A stretch of 60,265 nucleotides of DNA from an uncultured bacterium (GCA_902797575.1 CADBTL010000007.1:1-60265); one strand, 5' to 3'; positions 18,758-29,093 are shown, numbered from the stretch's first letter. Translations and numbers: made by a program. Notes: generated by a model from the sequence alone, not told the origin.

Positions 18758-20125
18758 TTATCGTATAATATCTTCTTTTAATCGGTTCATAACTTCAATT
18801 GCTCGTTTTGATAACAATTCAGTTTTTAGTTTTTTATTTTTCCGTTCGGCTTTGGATAGTTCTATTGTTTCAACGATTGCCCAATTTGAATTGATAGGCT
18901 GCGGAGGCAAATATCTTAAAGAACCGTCTCTTTTACTTATGTGTGCCAGATGTGCTTTATCTGTTACATAATTGGATAAAGCACCAAGCATTGTTTCTTT
19001 TGGGAAAATAACAGGCTCAGCACCGCTAATTCTCTTGTACATATTAATTGCTGCTAAAAGTCCGCCGGCAATTGATTCTGTGTAGCCTTCCGTACCGGTA
19101 ATTTGACCTGCAAAAAATAACCCCTGTCTTTCTCTTGTTTCAAATGTTGGATTTAATATAAGTGATGAATTTATAAATGTATTTCTGTGCATAACTCCAT
19201 ATCTTACTATATTTGCGTTTTCTAAGCCCGGTATTGAATGTACTAATTCTTTTTGCGCTCCCCACTTCAAATTAGTCTGAAATCCAACAAGGTTAAATAA
19301 AGTTTTTGCAGAGTCATCTTGTCTCAACTGAACGACGGCATAATTTTCGATTCCGGTTCTCTTATCAATTAAGCCTACAGGTTTCATCGGACCAAAACGC
19401 AATGTGTCATTACCTCTTGAAGCAAGAACTTCTACCGGTAAGCAGGATTCGAAGAATTTAGTTTTTTTATCGATTGCGTGTCCTTCAATTCTGGGTGCAT
19501 TTATAAGTATGTTATAAAAATTTTCGTACTCTTCTTTATTCATAGGACAGTTGATATATGAAGCATCTCCCTTATCGTATCTGGATGCCCAAAAAGCTTT
19601 GTCAAAATTTATTGAGTCTAATTCTACTATTGGTGCTATTGCATCAAAAAAATGCAGATGTTCAGCTTTAGTAAATTTTTGTATACTTTCTGCCATCTTA
19701 TCACTTGTTAACGGACCTGATGCAATTATTACATTCCCATCCGGAATTTCTGTTAATTCTTCTCTTATAAGTTCTATATTAGGGCTGGATTGAATCTTAT
19801 TTGTGACGGCAGCAGAAAAATCTTCTCTTGATATAGCCAAAGCATTTCCTGCAGGAACAGAGTTTTCTTTTGCAATTTTTATCAGTTCTCCGCCTAAAAT
19901 TTCCATTTCTGCTTTTAAAAGCCCGCTTGCATTTGTTATGTCTGAAGAGCCTAGACTGTTAGAACATACAAATTCAGCACATTTGTCGCTTATATGTGCG
20001 CCTGTTGTTTTATTAGGACGCATCTCATAAAGTTTTACTTTTATATCCCTTTTTGCAAGCTGCAAAGCCGCTTCGCTTCCTGCCAGTCCCGCACCTATTA
20101 TTTTAACTTCTTTGCTGCTACTCAT
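18758..20125 (-). CDS. trmFO: tRNA (uracil-5)-methyltransferase TrmFO
   Basis: GAGLAGSEAA, EFVCSNS, FFDAIAPIV, FGPMKPVGL, VGFQT.LKW, RYGVMHRNTFIN, AGQITG.EGY.ES. Confidence 0.96.
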   Translation of the reverse strand: MSSSKEVKIIGAGLAGSEAALQLAKRDIKVKLYEMRPNKTTGAHISDKCAEFVCSNSLGSSDITNASGLLKAEMEILGGELIKIAKENSVPAGNALAISREDFSAAVTNKIQSSPNIELIREELTEIPDGNVIIASGPLTSDKMAESIQKFTKAEHLHFFDAIAPIVELDSINFDKAFWASRYDKGDASYINCPMNKEEYENFYNILINAPRIEGHAIDKKTKFFESCLPVEVLASRGNDTLRFGPMKPVGLIDKRTGIENYAVVQLRQDDSAKTLFNLVGFQTNLKWGAQKELVHSIPGLENANIVRYGVMHRNTFINSSLILNPTFETRERQGLFFAGQITGTEGYTESIAGGLLAAINMYKRISGAEPVIFPKETMLGALSNYVTDKAHLAHISKRDGSLRYLPPQPINSNWAIVETIELSKAERKNKKLKTELLSKRAIEVMNRLKEDIIR

Positions 20126-20192
20126 TAATATCAGACCTCTTGTAAAAATTATACCAGATAATTTTATTTTAAGATTTTATTTAGAATACATT

Positions 20193-20744
20193 TTAATATC
20201 TGCTGGAAAAGAATATTTTAAATATTTTTAGAAAATTCTGCAGTGGTCTTTTTGTTAAAGAAAAAGCCATAAATACTAAAGTTAAAATTCCGCTTGTTAT
20301 GTTAAGGGTTCTGTGTCCGTATTCTTTTTCCATTATAAAATATTGTTCCCTGTTTTCCATATAATTTTGAAAGCGAAGGATATCTTCATTTATTCTGCGA
20401 GTTTTATTTTGTACGTTATTATAATCAAAATTGTAAAAGCTTGTTGTTCCAAAAGGATCTGTATTCATCGTACATCCTAAACCGCCGCCGTAGAAATTTA
20501 CAAAACCGGAATGCAGGTAGTCGCCTCCATAAAATCTTAATTTTGCGCCTTTGCACATTACAAAATCAGAGGATTGTCTAAAATTCCAAATAAAATGTCT
20601 TTCAACTGTGCACATATAGTTCGAATTGCAAGTCATTTTATCATATATCGGATTAAATGCTGCAACGATTATTATAGTTGATATATAAATAACTAATAAG
20701 GCAATAAACTCTTTTCTGTAAATACTAAATTCAGAACCCGCCAT
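20193..20744 (-). CDS. Hypothetical membrane protein (two TM segments)
   Basis: Hydrophobic N- and C-terminal segments; start overlaps the stop of the diguanylate cyclase gene. Confidence 0.65.
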   Translation of the reverse strand: MAGSEFSIYRKEFIALLVIYISTIIIVAAFNPIYDKMTCNSNYMCTVERHFIWNFRQSSDFVMCKGAKLRFYGGDYLHSGFVNFYGGGLGCTMNTDPFGTTSFYNFDYNNVQNKTRRINEDILRFQNYMENREQYFIMEKEYGHRTLNITSGILTLVFMAFSLTKRPLQNFLKIFKIFFSSRY

Positions 20745-22561
20745 TAGTATCTGCCTACCTGATTTCTGCCATGTTCTTTTGCGTAGTATAAACCCTTATC
20801 AGCCCATTCAATTAAGTCTTGAGGTGTTTGAGCATTATCAGGGAATGTTGAAACTCCTAAGCTTATAGTTACTTCTGCTGTATCAACAGGATTCAAATGG
20901 AATGGCTTTTCAGCAACAGCCGCACAAATTCTGTTTGCAAGAAGTAGTGCTTCATCAGCTCCTGTATTCGGAAGTATAATACTCATCTCTTCACCGCCAT
21001 ATCTGCAAACATAATCAGTAGTTCTTGAATTCTTTTTAAGAGTTTGTGCTACTTGTCTTAATACTGCATCGCCGGCTTGATGTCCGTATGTGTCGTTAAA
21101 CTTTTTGAAGAAGTCTATGTCACAAATTATTAGTGAAACAGATTGTTTGTAACGTCTGGATATGTCTATTTGCTGGCGCAAAGTATCTTGAAAATATCTG
21201 TGATTATATAATTCTGTTAAACCGTCAATTGTTGCAAGTTTATATTGATATTCAAAATCTCTTGACTTCATCAGATACTTCGCAAGTAAGCTTAATGTAA
21301 ACGCAAGACCTATTGCAATAATCGGAAGAACTACGGGTATCCATAAATTGAATAGTTCCATCATATAATATGAAACAAAGAAGTATGCAATCATAAATAA
21401 TATTGTAGAAAGGATACCAAATAAAGTAGATGATGAAAACATTGCTATTGCACCAACTATTGCAATTACTGTTAGTATTATTAAAATATTAGCAATTATA
21501 CTTGTTTTATGTATAAAATTATTATCTAAAAGATTGTTTATAAAAGTTGCGTGAACTTCTACACCAGGGTATACTTCCGCTTGAATAGGAACGCTTTTTG
21601 TGTCATGCAAGCTCATTGCAGTAGTTCCAACAATAATAATTTTATCTTTAAAATCGAATTTATTTATATTTGTACCGTCAATCTCTTTAATTATTTTGTA
21701 GAATGGAACAGCAGTGTGTGTTCCGCTTTGTCCGTACCAATTTAGGATTGCTTCTCCATTTTTAGTTAAAGGAATTTTTGTATCTGATACAAGCAAGTTA
21801 GAATTTTCATCAATTGTGAAATTATTATCATTCTTCATTTGTAAATAGTCACTGCCTGCTTTAAAACTCAAATATGGATAATAATTATCTTTGTATACAA
21901 GTATCGGTGCGACAGAACGAATAATTCCGTCACTGCTTCTGATAACATTTGTAAGAGCAACATTAACATTGCCGTTCAGTAATTCCGGTAATATTAAACG
22001 ACAATTTTGGAATTTATATTTTTTACTAAAATCTATTTTAGATTTGTTATTAATATTTAATTTAAGTCTATCCGGTAAGTCTTCAGGTTTTCTAACGTCA
22101 TATGGCTGATTATCAAAATTTAAGCCTGTATATATGTTATTGTATTTATTCATTGTGTCAACAAAGTATTTATCGGCATCTTTTGAAGTGCGCACAGATT
22201 TTAAAAACATTAAATCAAATATTATTGCTTGAGGTTTTTGGGCTTCAATGTAGTTTATTATATCTCCGTAAACATTTCTTGGAATAGGCCATTCTCCATA
22301 TTTGTCCCATAACGCTTCTACGCTTGCATCATCAATTGCCAAAACAACAATATCTTTGTTCGGTAATGGTCTTTTGTGCATAATTTTAATTGTTTGTCTG
22401 TAATCAAAAGTCCTATTTTCAGCTACCTCAAAAAATGATTTGAATACATTTCTTAGGGTATTATTATTTTGTAATAGTACAAACCCTATTAGTAATGATG
22501 CTAATACTAATAATATATAAGTACCAAATATAAACCATTTTGTCTTTGTTAAATTTTTCAC
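20744..22561 (-). CDS. CHASE2-domain diguanylate cyclase
   Basis: IVVLAIDD..WP.PR, D.DG.IR, PGVEVHA (CHASE2), 3 TMs, DGLT.LYN, DIDFFK.FND.YGH..GD, RYGGEEM with RTTD I-site. Confidence 0.93.
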   Translation of the reverse strand: MKNLTKTKWFIFGTYILLVLASLLIGFVLLQNNNTLRNVFKSFFEVAENRTFDYRQTIKIMHKRPLPNKDIVVLAIDDASVEALWDKYGEWPIPRNVYGDIINYIEAQKPQAIIFDLMFLKSVRTSKDADKYFVDTMNKYNNIYTGLNFDNQPYDVRKPEDLPDRLKLNINNKSKIDFSKKYKFQNCRLILPELLNGNVNVALTNVIRSSDGIIRSVAPILVYKDNYYPYLSFKAGSDYLQMKNDNNFTIDENSNLLVSDTKIPLTKNGEAILNWYGQSGTHTAVPFYKIIKEIDGTNINKFDFKDKIIIVGTTAMSLHDTKSVPIQAEVYPGVEVHATFINNLLDNNFIHKTSIIANILIILTVIAIVGAIAMFSSSTLFGILSTILFMIAYFFVSYYMMELFNLWIPVVLPIIAIGLAFTLSLLAKYLMKSRDFEYQYKLATIDGLTELYNHRYFQDTLRQQIDISRRYKQSVSLIICDIDFFKKFNDTYGHQAGDAVLRQVAQTLKKNSRTTDYVCRYGGEEMSIILPNTGADEALLLANRICAAVAEKPFHLNPVDTAEVTISLGVSTFPDNAQTPQDLIEWADKGLYYAKEHGRNQVGRY

Positions 22562-22886
22562 TGTTACTTCTCCATTCTATAAAATTATAGCCTGCTTATA
22601 TTTTAGCAGAACTGAATTTATGTAAGTACTATCCTTTGTTAATTATGCTTTTTGATATGCAATTTCAACATGTTTGGCGCAGCAATCCATATTCTCAAAT
22701 TTGGCACCTAAAATTTCATTGTTATTTTTTAACAATTCTGTGGTGTAAAAAAGCTCTAAAGGATTAATTAAATATTTAAGTAAACATTCTTCATGTAAAT
22801 TCATAATAAATTAATCGTCTGCAATTGACAAATCTTTAATCATTATTAAAAAAGTAATGCAAATGTATGATTTTTTACAAAGAGTA

Positions 22887-22913
22887 TAAAGAAATTGTGC
22901 ATAAAACCGATAA
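22887..22913 (+). promoter_or_regulatory. Sigma28-type promoter of fliE
   Basis: TAAA(22887-90)-N15-ACCGATAA(22906-13). Confidence 0.65.
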
Positions 22914-22942
22914 GTATAATAAATGAGAAAGGCAAGTAATAT

Positions 22943-23281
22943 ATGATTAACAGTTTTATTCCTAATTATGATTTGGAAGCAAGGATTCAGCATACCAAAC
23001 TGGACGGTTTTGCAGGTATGCCATCAGCAAGAATAGGTAATATGGAAGAAGCAGGCGGAGCTGATTTCAAAAGCGTAATGTCAGGACTTGTTGATAATAT
23101 GAATCAAACGATGAATGCTCCGGATAATTTAATGAAAGATGTAATGATGGGCAATGAGAATGTTGATATTCATGATGTAATGGTTGCTATGTCAAAAGCA
23201 GAAATATCGGTTAATATGGCAACAACAGCAGTCGGAAAAGTCATACAAGCGTATGATAGAATAATGCAAATACAAATATAG
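22943..23281 (+). CDS. fliE: Flagellar hook-basal body protein FliE
   Basis: F..VM, G...DIHDVMVAMSKAEIS, KVIQAY.RIMQIQI C-terminus. Confidence 0.88.
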   Translation: MINSFIPNYDLEARIQHTKLDGFAGMPSARIGNMEEAGGADFKSVMSGLVDNMNQTMNAPDNLMKDVMMGNENVDIHDVMVAMSKAEISVNMATTAVGKVIQAYDRIMQIQI

Positions 23282-23404
23282 ACTTCTCATAATTGAAATA
23301 AAAGTGTATAATAATGGAACAGGGCGGTTGAGAACATAAGCTTTTGTAATTTTTAACTCAAACTTTCTTATACTTAACTTCCGGACTTCCAAAAGGGCAG
23401 GATT

Positions 23405-25078
23405 ATGGAAAAAATCAAAGAATTACTTCAGAACAAGACTATACTTTACGGTTTAATAGGAGCAGTTGCTCTTGTACTTTTTTTAGTAATTATTATCGGT
23501 TCAATAAGTGTTAATAAATCAAATAATGAACCACAGCCTGCTGATAGCGAAAAAATCCAAGAGGATATTGACTTACTGACTACTGATAATTTAGGAAAAG
23601 CCTTAGAAATACAAGCTCTTTTAACAAAGCACGGTATAAGTGCAACAAGAATGGTTGATGGTACGAAATCTGTCCTGAGACTCAGTAAAAAAGGATGTTC
23701 TCTTGCAAAGAAAAACTCCTGCACGATAAAAGAACGTGATACTGCAATTATGGTAATTGTTGAGAGCGGATTATATGACCAAAATGTAGGATTAGAAATT
23801 TTTGATAAAGGTGACTTTACATCAACAAAAGAAGATAAAAAAATAAGACTTGTACGTGCAATGAATGGTGAGCTGGCTCGTTTAATTAAACGTATAGATG
23901 GTATTCAAGACGCATCCGTATTCATATCAATACCGGAACAGTCTATGTTTGCCGCTAATCAAAAGCCTGTAACAGCAACTGTTCAATTAACTGTTGCAAT
24001 TGGTAAAACTTTGAGTCAAAGTACTATTAAAGCAGTAACGAATTTGGTATTAGGTGCAGTCGGTAAAGATTTAACAGCTGATCATGTAGCAATATCTGAT
24101 ACAAACGGACATGTTTACAATAGTGTAATTGATGCGTCATCAGAAATGCTTGAAAAATTGCAAGAAAATGATAAATATATGCAAGAAAAAGTTCAAGCTC
24201 AATTGAACAAATTAATTGGCGGCGGTAAATATGTCGTAACTGTATCTACATTCTTAAAACAAGCACCGCTTGAAAAGTATACTATTGCGTATGATCCCAG
24301 TTCTAAAACTGCTGTTACAGAACAAAGTTTCTCCGAAGGTTTGGGTGACAGAACGTCTGATAGCAGCAGCAATACAAATGCTGTAAGCGTATATTTGCCA
24401 AACGGACTGCCTGCCGGTAATTCTAATTCATCTCAAAATAGAAGCTATCAACGTTCTGCAAGAGAAACTCAGTATGGCGTGACTAAGGTACAAACAAATG
24501 AATATATTTCACCCGGTGCAATAGAAGAAATCTCTATAGCGGTAACTTTAGAAAAAGATTCACTACCTGTTGAATTAACTCTTGAAGATCTAAAAGATCT
24601 TGTTGCAAGAGCTGCAAGTCCAAAAGCTAAAGCTGAAAATGTAACTATTGCGTTTGCAGATACAATCGATCCGTTTATTGCGGCAGATAAAAATGTTAAA
24701 GCACCTATAAAGGCTTCTCACGGCAATCCTTGGTGGTTGGCAATTGCACTAATGTTTATGGGCTTATTGTTCGGTCACAGATTGCTTACAAACAGAATTA
24801 AGGCAGCTAAAGAAGCTCAAGATGAAGAATTGGTAAGATTGAAAGAGCAAAATGAAATGCAGGAAAAGCAATTAAAAGATTTGAGCTTGAATGCAGCTAA
24901 TTTGATACAAAGACAGACACAACTACAGCAAGGATTGATTGAACAACAGAGTAAGCCGGCAATAGCTCCTACTTCTGCAGCTGAAATCAGAGAAGCTTTA
25001 AGAGACTTAAAGCGTGAACTTGATGGTGCTGATGATGTTGAGACCGGTGAAAGAATAAGAAGCTGGATAGAAGGCTAG
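23405..25078 (+). CDS. Divergent second FliF/YscJ-family ring protein
   Basis: N-terminal TM, GLEIFD, GELARLIKRIDGI.DA.V.ISIPE.S.F, P.TATV, I.DTNG, FliF-like C-terminal ring domain (PGAIEEISIAV), C-terminal TM. Confidence 0.82.
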   Translation: MEKIKELLQNKTILYGLIGAVALVLFLVIIIGSISVNKSNNEPQPADSEKIQEDIDLLTTDNLGKALEIQALLTKHGISATRMVDGTKSVLRLSKKGCSLAKKNSCTIKERDTAIMVIVESGLYDQNVGLEIFDKGDFTSTKEDKKIRLVRAMNGELARLIKRIDGIQDASVFISIPEQSMFAANQKPVTATVQLTVAIGKTLSQSTIKAVTNLVLGAVGKDLTADHVAISDTNGHVYNSVIDASSEMLEKLQENDKYMQEKVQAQLNKLIGGGKYVVTVSTFLKQAPLEKYTIAYDPSSKTAVTEQSFSEGLGDRTSDSSSNTNAVSVYLPNGLPAGNSNSSQNRSYQRSARETQYGVTKVQTNEYISPGAIEEISIAVTLEKDSLPVELTLEDLKDLVARAASPKAKAENVTIAFADTIDPFIAADKNVKAPIKASHGNPWWLAIALMFMGLLFGHRLLTNRIKAAKEAQDEELVRLKEQNEMQEKQLKDLSLNAANLIQRQTQLQQGLIEQQSKPAIAPTSAAEIREALRDLKRELDGADDVETGERIRSWIEG

Positions 25079-25143
25079 AGGTCTGGATTAAGCTGTAAAA
25101 CGAGTTATAATATAAGTAAATAACCTACTTTAAGGAACAATAA

Positions 25144-26184
25144 ATGGCAATCGAAGGATTTGATTATAAAGCATTCGCGGAAAATATGGCAGGACAGGCA
25201 AAACAGCTTGTTCCTCAAGATTTAAGGCCAGACCAGCAAGAATATATTGTATCAACTTTAAACAATTTTACGTTACTTGCCGGAGAGGCATTATATAATG
25301 ATGAAAGCTTAAAGATAACTGCAGAACAAGCTGTATTTATAACACAAGTTATTGCCGAATGGTCATTTCACAAATCAATTGACTTGATAAGATCAGGTTT
25401 ACCTAAGATATATTGGGATAGTATTATGCAAAAAATTGCATTTACTATTTTTGAAATTGCAAAACAAGCTATAGGAAAAGATATTACTCAAGAACAATTA
25501 TTACCTGTAATTGAACATCATGTTGTTAAAGTATATAACAAATGTATTGATGATTTGCAGAGTAGGGGTGCTATCACAAAAAAAGCAAAGGAAACCGCAG
25601 AAAGCCAATCAAATATTGATGCAATGGCGAAACAAGCTGCTGAAGAGATCAATAAAGAGAAAGAAGCTCCATATATAGAGGCTGATAATCGCAGAAAGGA
25701 AGCTCTAAAGAAAAGAGAAGAAGCAAGAAAGCAGCGTAAAGTAGAGCAGGAGTTGGAAAAAGCTTCTGAACTTGTAAATAAAAAACAACTAAAAATGATA
25801 TCACTAGCTATGATTTTAAGAATGCTGCCTGATGAAAAAGCTAACTTAATATTGAGCAAGGTAAATCCTGACGATGTAAAAGTCATAATGAGCTATATGA
25901 ATGTAGTTAATCTGGAGTCGCAAATTGATGGTGATATACTTCTTGAATGTTTAAAAGAAATCAAGAATGCACTTCCTGTAAAGCGAACGCTTACGGAAGA
26001 AAATATTATGGGAGATATGCTCAGATTATATAAAACTAATCCGCGTGAAAAAGTCGAAAAAACAATTAAAAATGAACGTCCGTTAGTTAAAAGATTTATA
26101 TCTCAGGCATATAACGGTGAGTACTCAGGACTTCCTGTAAAAGTTGCAGGAATTGTTGCACAATACGTTGAGGATAGTATATAA
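25144..26184 (+). CDS. Hypothetical protein with FliG-N-like C-terminal region (SctK position)
   Basis: SLAMILRMLPDEKANLILSKV..DDVKVIMSYM resembles FliG KVAALLIALGPTTASEILKNI; lies between the ring and stator genes. Confidence 0.6.
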   Translation: MAIEGFDYKAFAENMAGQAKQLVPQDLRPDQQEYIVSTLNNFTLLAGEALYNDESLKITAEQAVFITQVIAEWSFHKSIDLIRSGLPKIYWDSIMQKIAFTIFEIAKQAIGKDITQEQLLPVIEHHVVKVYNKCIDDLQSRGAITKKAKETAESQSNIDAMAKQAAEEINKEKEAPYIEADNRRKEALKKREEARKQRKVEQELEKASELVNKKQLKMISLAMILRMLPDEKANLILSKVNPDDVKVIMSYMNVVNLESQIDGDILLECLKEIKNALPVKRTLTEENIMGDMLRLYKTNPREKVEKTIKNERPLVKRFISQAYNGEYSGLPVKVAGIVAQYVEDSI

Positions 26185-26199
26185 TAATTGTAAAAACAC

Positions 26200-26991
26200 A
26201 TGATTATTAAGAAAAATAAAATTAAACAGTGGGAGGAAAAGAAGCAACAAGAAGAGATGGCTTTGCACCAAGAGCAAGAGCCTGTAACTGTTGTGGAAGA
26301 TTTTATAGAAGGCCAGGATGAAGCTCCTGAAGAAGAACCAATAGAAGATATAACGCCAATAGAACCTGTTTTACCTCCTGAACCGGAGATTGATTTATTT
26401 AATATTGAGAATATTGATTTCTCACAGCGTCAAGAAAGAAGACGTGGTACGAGAAGAAGAGGCTATAGAAGAATTGATGACAGAAATCTTGTTTCAAGAG
26501 CGCAAGAAGAGGCTGAAAATATTAAAAAGTCTGCTTTTGAAGAAGGATATAGAAAAGGCTTGGAAGCTGCCGGTAGTGATATAGCGCATTTAAGGAATAA
26601 TATTGCGGAATTTTTAGGTGCGCCCAAAGAAGTTTTTGAGTATATCGCACCGGATATTTTAGAAATCAGTGTTAATATTGCTAAAACTATTATAAAAAAA
26701 GAGTTAAGCACGGATCCTCAAGTTTTATTGGATATTATAATTGATGTATTAAGAAAAAGCTGCAAAAATGAGCCAAAAGTTTCGGTAAGAGTTCATCCTC
26801 AGTTCGTGGCATTTATAAAGGATGCTCTTCCTAATATGATTTATGAGTATGGAATTGAGACGAAAATAAATATTATTTCAGATCAATCATTGGATATAGG
26901 AAACTGTATTCTTCAAACAAACAACGGTATTATAGATGCGTCTATTGACACACAGATTGAAATCATTAAAAAGGCTTTAGAGGGGATATAA
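26200..26991 (+). CDS. Second FliH/SctL-family protein
   Basis: AFEEGYRKG, IA..II.KEL, VRVHP, D.SL..GNCILQT.NG.IDASIDTQIE.I. Confidence 0.87.
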   Translation: MIIKKNKIKQWEEKKQQEEMALHQEQEPVTVVEDFIEGQDEAPEEEPIEDITPIEPVLPPEPEIDLFNIENIDFSQRQERRRGTRRRGYRRIDDRNLVSRAQEEAENIKKSAFEEGYRKGLEAAGSDIAHLRNNIAEFLGAPKEVFEYIAPDILEISVNIAKTIIKKELSTDPQVLLDIIIDVLRKSCKNEPKVSVRVHPQFVAFIKDALPNMIYEYGIETKINIISDQSLDIGNCILQTNNGIIDASIDTQIEIIKKALEGI

Positions 26992-29093
26992 TGGCAGCAG
27001 AACCCACGAGTAAACCTATATCAGAAATAGCATTGGCAATCTTTGTAATGATTTTGATATTAATCTTAATCATAGAGATGCCAAATTGGGTTATTAATGT
27101 TTCTATAGCATTAAATATTACTCTGGGAATTGTTTTATTGATGATATCTCTTTATGTGCAAAAACCTTTAGAGTTGGCAGCTTTTCCTTCTATAATTCTT
27201 TTGGGTACTATGTTTCGACTGTGTCTTTCTATTGCTTCGACTCGTCTTATTTTGGCAAAAGGGGAAGCCGGTGAAGTTGTGCATGCATTTGGAACATTTG
27301 TAACCGGCGGGAACATGGTTGTAGGCGGTGTAATATTCTTAATTATTACTGTTGTTCAGTTTATGGTTATTACAAAAGGTGCTGAACGTATTGCCGAAGT
27401 TGCAGCACGTTTTGCCTTAGATGCTATGCCCGGTAAACAAATGACTATTGATGCTGACTTTAATGCAGGTTTAATTACACCTGAAGAAGCAGTAAAAAAG
27501 CGTGAAGATCTTCAAAGAGAATCAAGCTTATTCGGTTCTATGGATGGTTCTATGAAGTTCGTAAAAGGTGATACTATGGCAGGTATCATCATTGTAATAA
27601 TAAATATTGTAGGTGGTTTAACAATTGGTTGTTTGATGAATCAAATGCCAATAGCAGATGCTGTCAGCAAATATACTGTTTTAACAATCGGTGACGGTTT
27701 GGCATCTCAACTTCCGTCTTTATTAATGTCTGTTGCTGCAGGTATTGTCATGACTCGTGCTTCAGCAGGAAGTATGTCATTAGGCGGTGATTTGACAACG
27801 CAAATACTTGCAAAGCCGCATTCTCTTTTCTTTGCATCTGCATTCTTGATGTTAATTGCACTAACAGGTAATACCGGTTTGTGGCAAGGAACCGGTTTAC
27901 CGTTTATACCGTTCTTTTTGTTTTCAGTAGGTCTCGCAATTGCAGGGTTCTCTGTATTAGTTAATGCCGATGTTCAATCACAATTGGGACAATTGGAAAG
28001 CGTTCGACAAAATATGCAAGACTTGGTTAACCCGAACAAGATGTATGAAAGACTTGGTGTTGATGTTTTAAGCTTGCAGGTTGGAGCGGGATTGCTTGTA
28101 ATTGCCGATCCGGATCAAGACGGTCAATTGCTTGCTAAGATAGCTGCTTTACGTCAAAGGGTAACGGATGAACTTGGTTATATCTTACCGAATATTCGTA
28201 TTATGGATTCTTCTGCATTGGAAGCTAATGAGTACGTAATTTCTATTAGAAATAACGTAGTTGCCTCAGGATTTGTATATCCGGGCAGATATATGGTTAT
28301 AGCCGATCAATGGGATTCTGTTAAGAAGACAATTCCTGATGATGCAATAGTTGGTGTTGATCCGACATATCAAACTCAAGCTTATTGGATAAATCAAGAA
28401 GATGCAAGAGCTAATAAAAATGTTACAGCAGTTGATTCTACGGATGTTCTTGTAACTCACTTACAAGAATGTGTGCGTAAACATGTTGATGAAGTTATGA
28501 CAAAAACAGATGTTCTTAAACTTATGGAGCTTGTTCGTTCGCAAGACCCAACATTAGTTAATGACTTAGTACCTGCAATAATTTCAACTTCAGATTTGCG
28601 TAAGATATTTGTAAACTTAATCAGAGAAAAGGTTTCAATCAAAGATATTATATTTGTATTTGAGCGATTATGTGATTATGCAAGATTTTCAAAGGAACCT
28701 GATATACTTTCTGAGCGTCTCCGTGCTGCATTAGGACGTCAAATTTGTTTAAGTAACGTTGATAAAGATCACGTTTTATATGCATTGACATTATCTCCTG
28801 AATGGGAAAAAACATTAGATGACAGCTGCCAAAGAACAGAACTCGGGACAATGTTTTTGCTTAATCCGATGCAGGTTCAAGACTTGATTGAAACTACAGC
28901 TATGACATTGATGAGGGCACACCAACAAATTGGACAGCAGCCGGTAATCTTGTGTTCTCCAAGAATAAGATTGCCTTTATATCAACTCCTTGAACGTCAT
29001 ATTCCAACAATTGTTGTAATATCTTATTCGGAATTAATAACGGATATTAAGGTTGAAGCAGTTGATACTGTAGGTGAAGGCGGCGGTTATTAG
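26991..29093 (+). CDS. flhA: Type III export gate FlhA/SctV (FHIPEP family)
   Basis: FPS.LL.T.FRL, KGAERIAEVAARF.LDAMPGKQM.IDAD, TIGDGL, NL.RE.VSIKD, V.SY.E; several motifs are SctV-type. Confidence 0.93.
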   Translation: MAAEPTSKPISEIALAIFVMILILILIIEMPNWVINVSIALNITLGIVLLMISLYVQKPLELAAFPSIILLGTMFRLCLSIASTRLILAKGEAGEVVHAFGTFVTGGNMVVGGVIFLIITVVQFMVITKGAERIAEVAARFALDAMPGKQMTIDADFNAGLITPEEAVKKREDLQRESSLFGSMDGSMKFVKGDTMAGIIIVIINIVGGLTIGCLMNQMPIADAVSKYTVLTIGDGLASQLPSLLMSVAAGIVMTRASAGSMSLGGDLTTQILAKPHSLFFASAFLMLIALTGNTGLWQGTGLPFIPFFLFSVGLAIAGFSVLVNADVQSQLGQLESVRQNMQDLVNPNKMYERLGVDVLSLQVGAGLLVIADPDQDGQLLAKIAALRQRVTDELGYILPNIRIMDSSALEANEYVISIRNNVVASGFVYPGRYMVIADQWDSVKKTIPDDAIVGVDPTYQTQAYWINQEDARANKNVTAVDSTDVLVTHLQECVRKHVDEVMTKTDVLKLMELVRSQDPTLVNDLVPAIISTSDLRKIFVNLIREKVSIKDIIFVFERLCDYARFSKEPDILSERLRAALGRQICLSNVDKDHVLYALTLSPEWEKTLDDSCQRTELGTMFLLNPMQVQDLIETTAMTLMRAHQQIGQQPVILCSPRIRLPLYQLLERHIPTIVVISYSELITDIKVEAVDTVGEGGGY

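Noticed and set aside
23313-23404. Riboswitch (c-di-GMP) in the leader of the second ring gene
   Set aside because: No recognisable aptamer consensus or convincing stems by eye; needs an Rfam scan.
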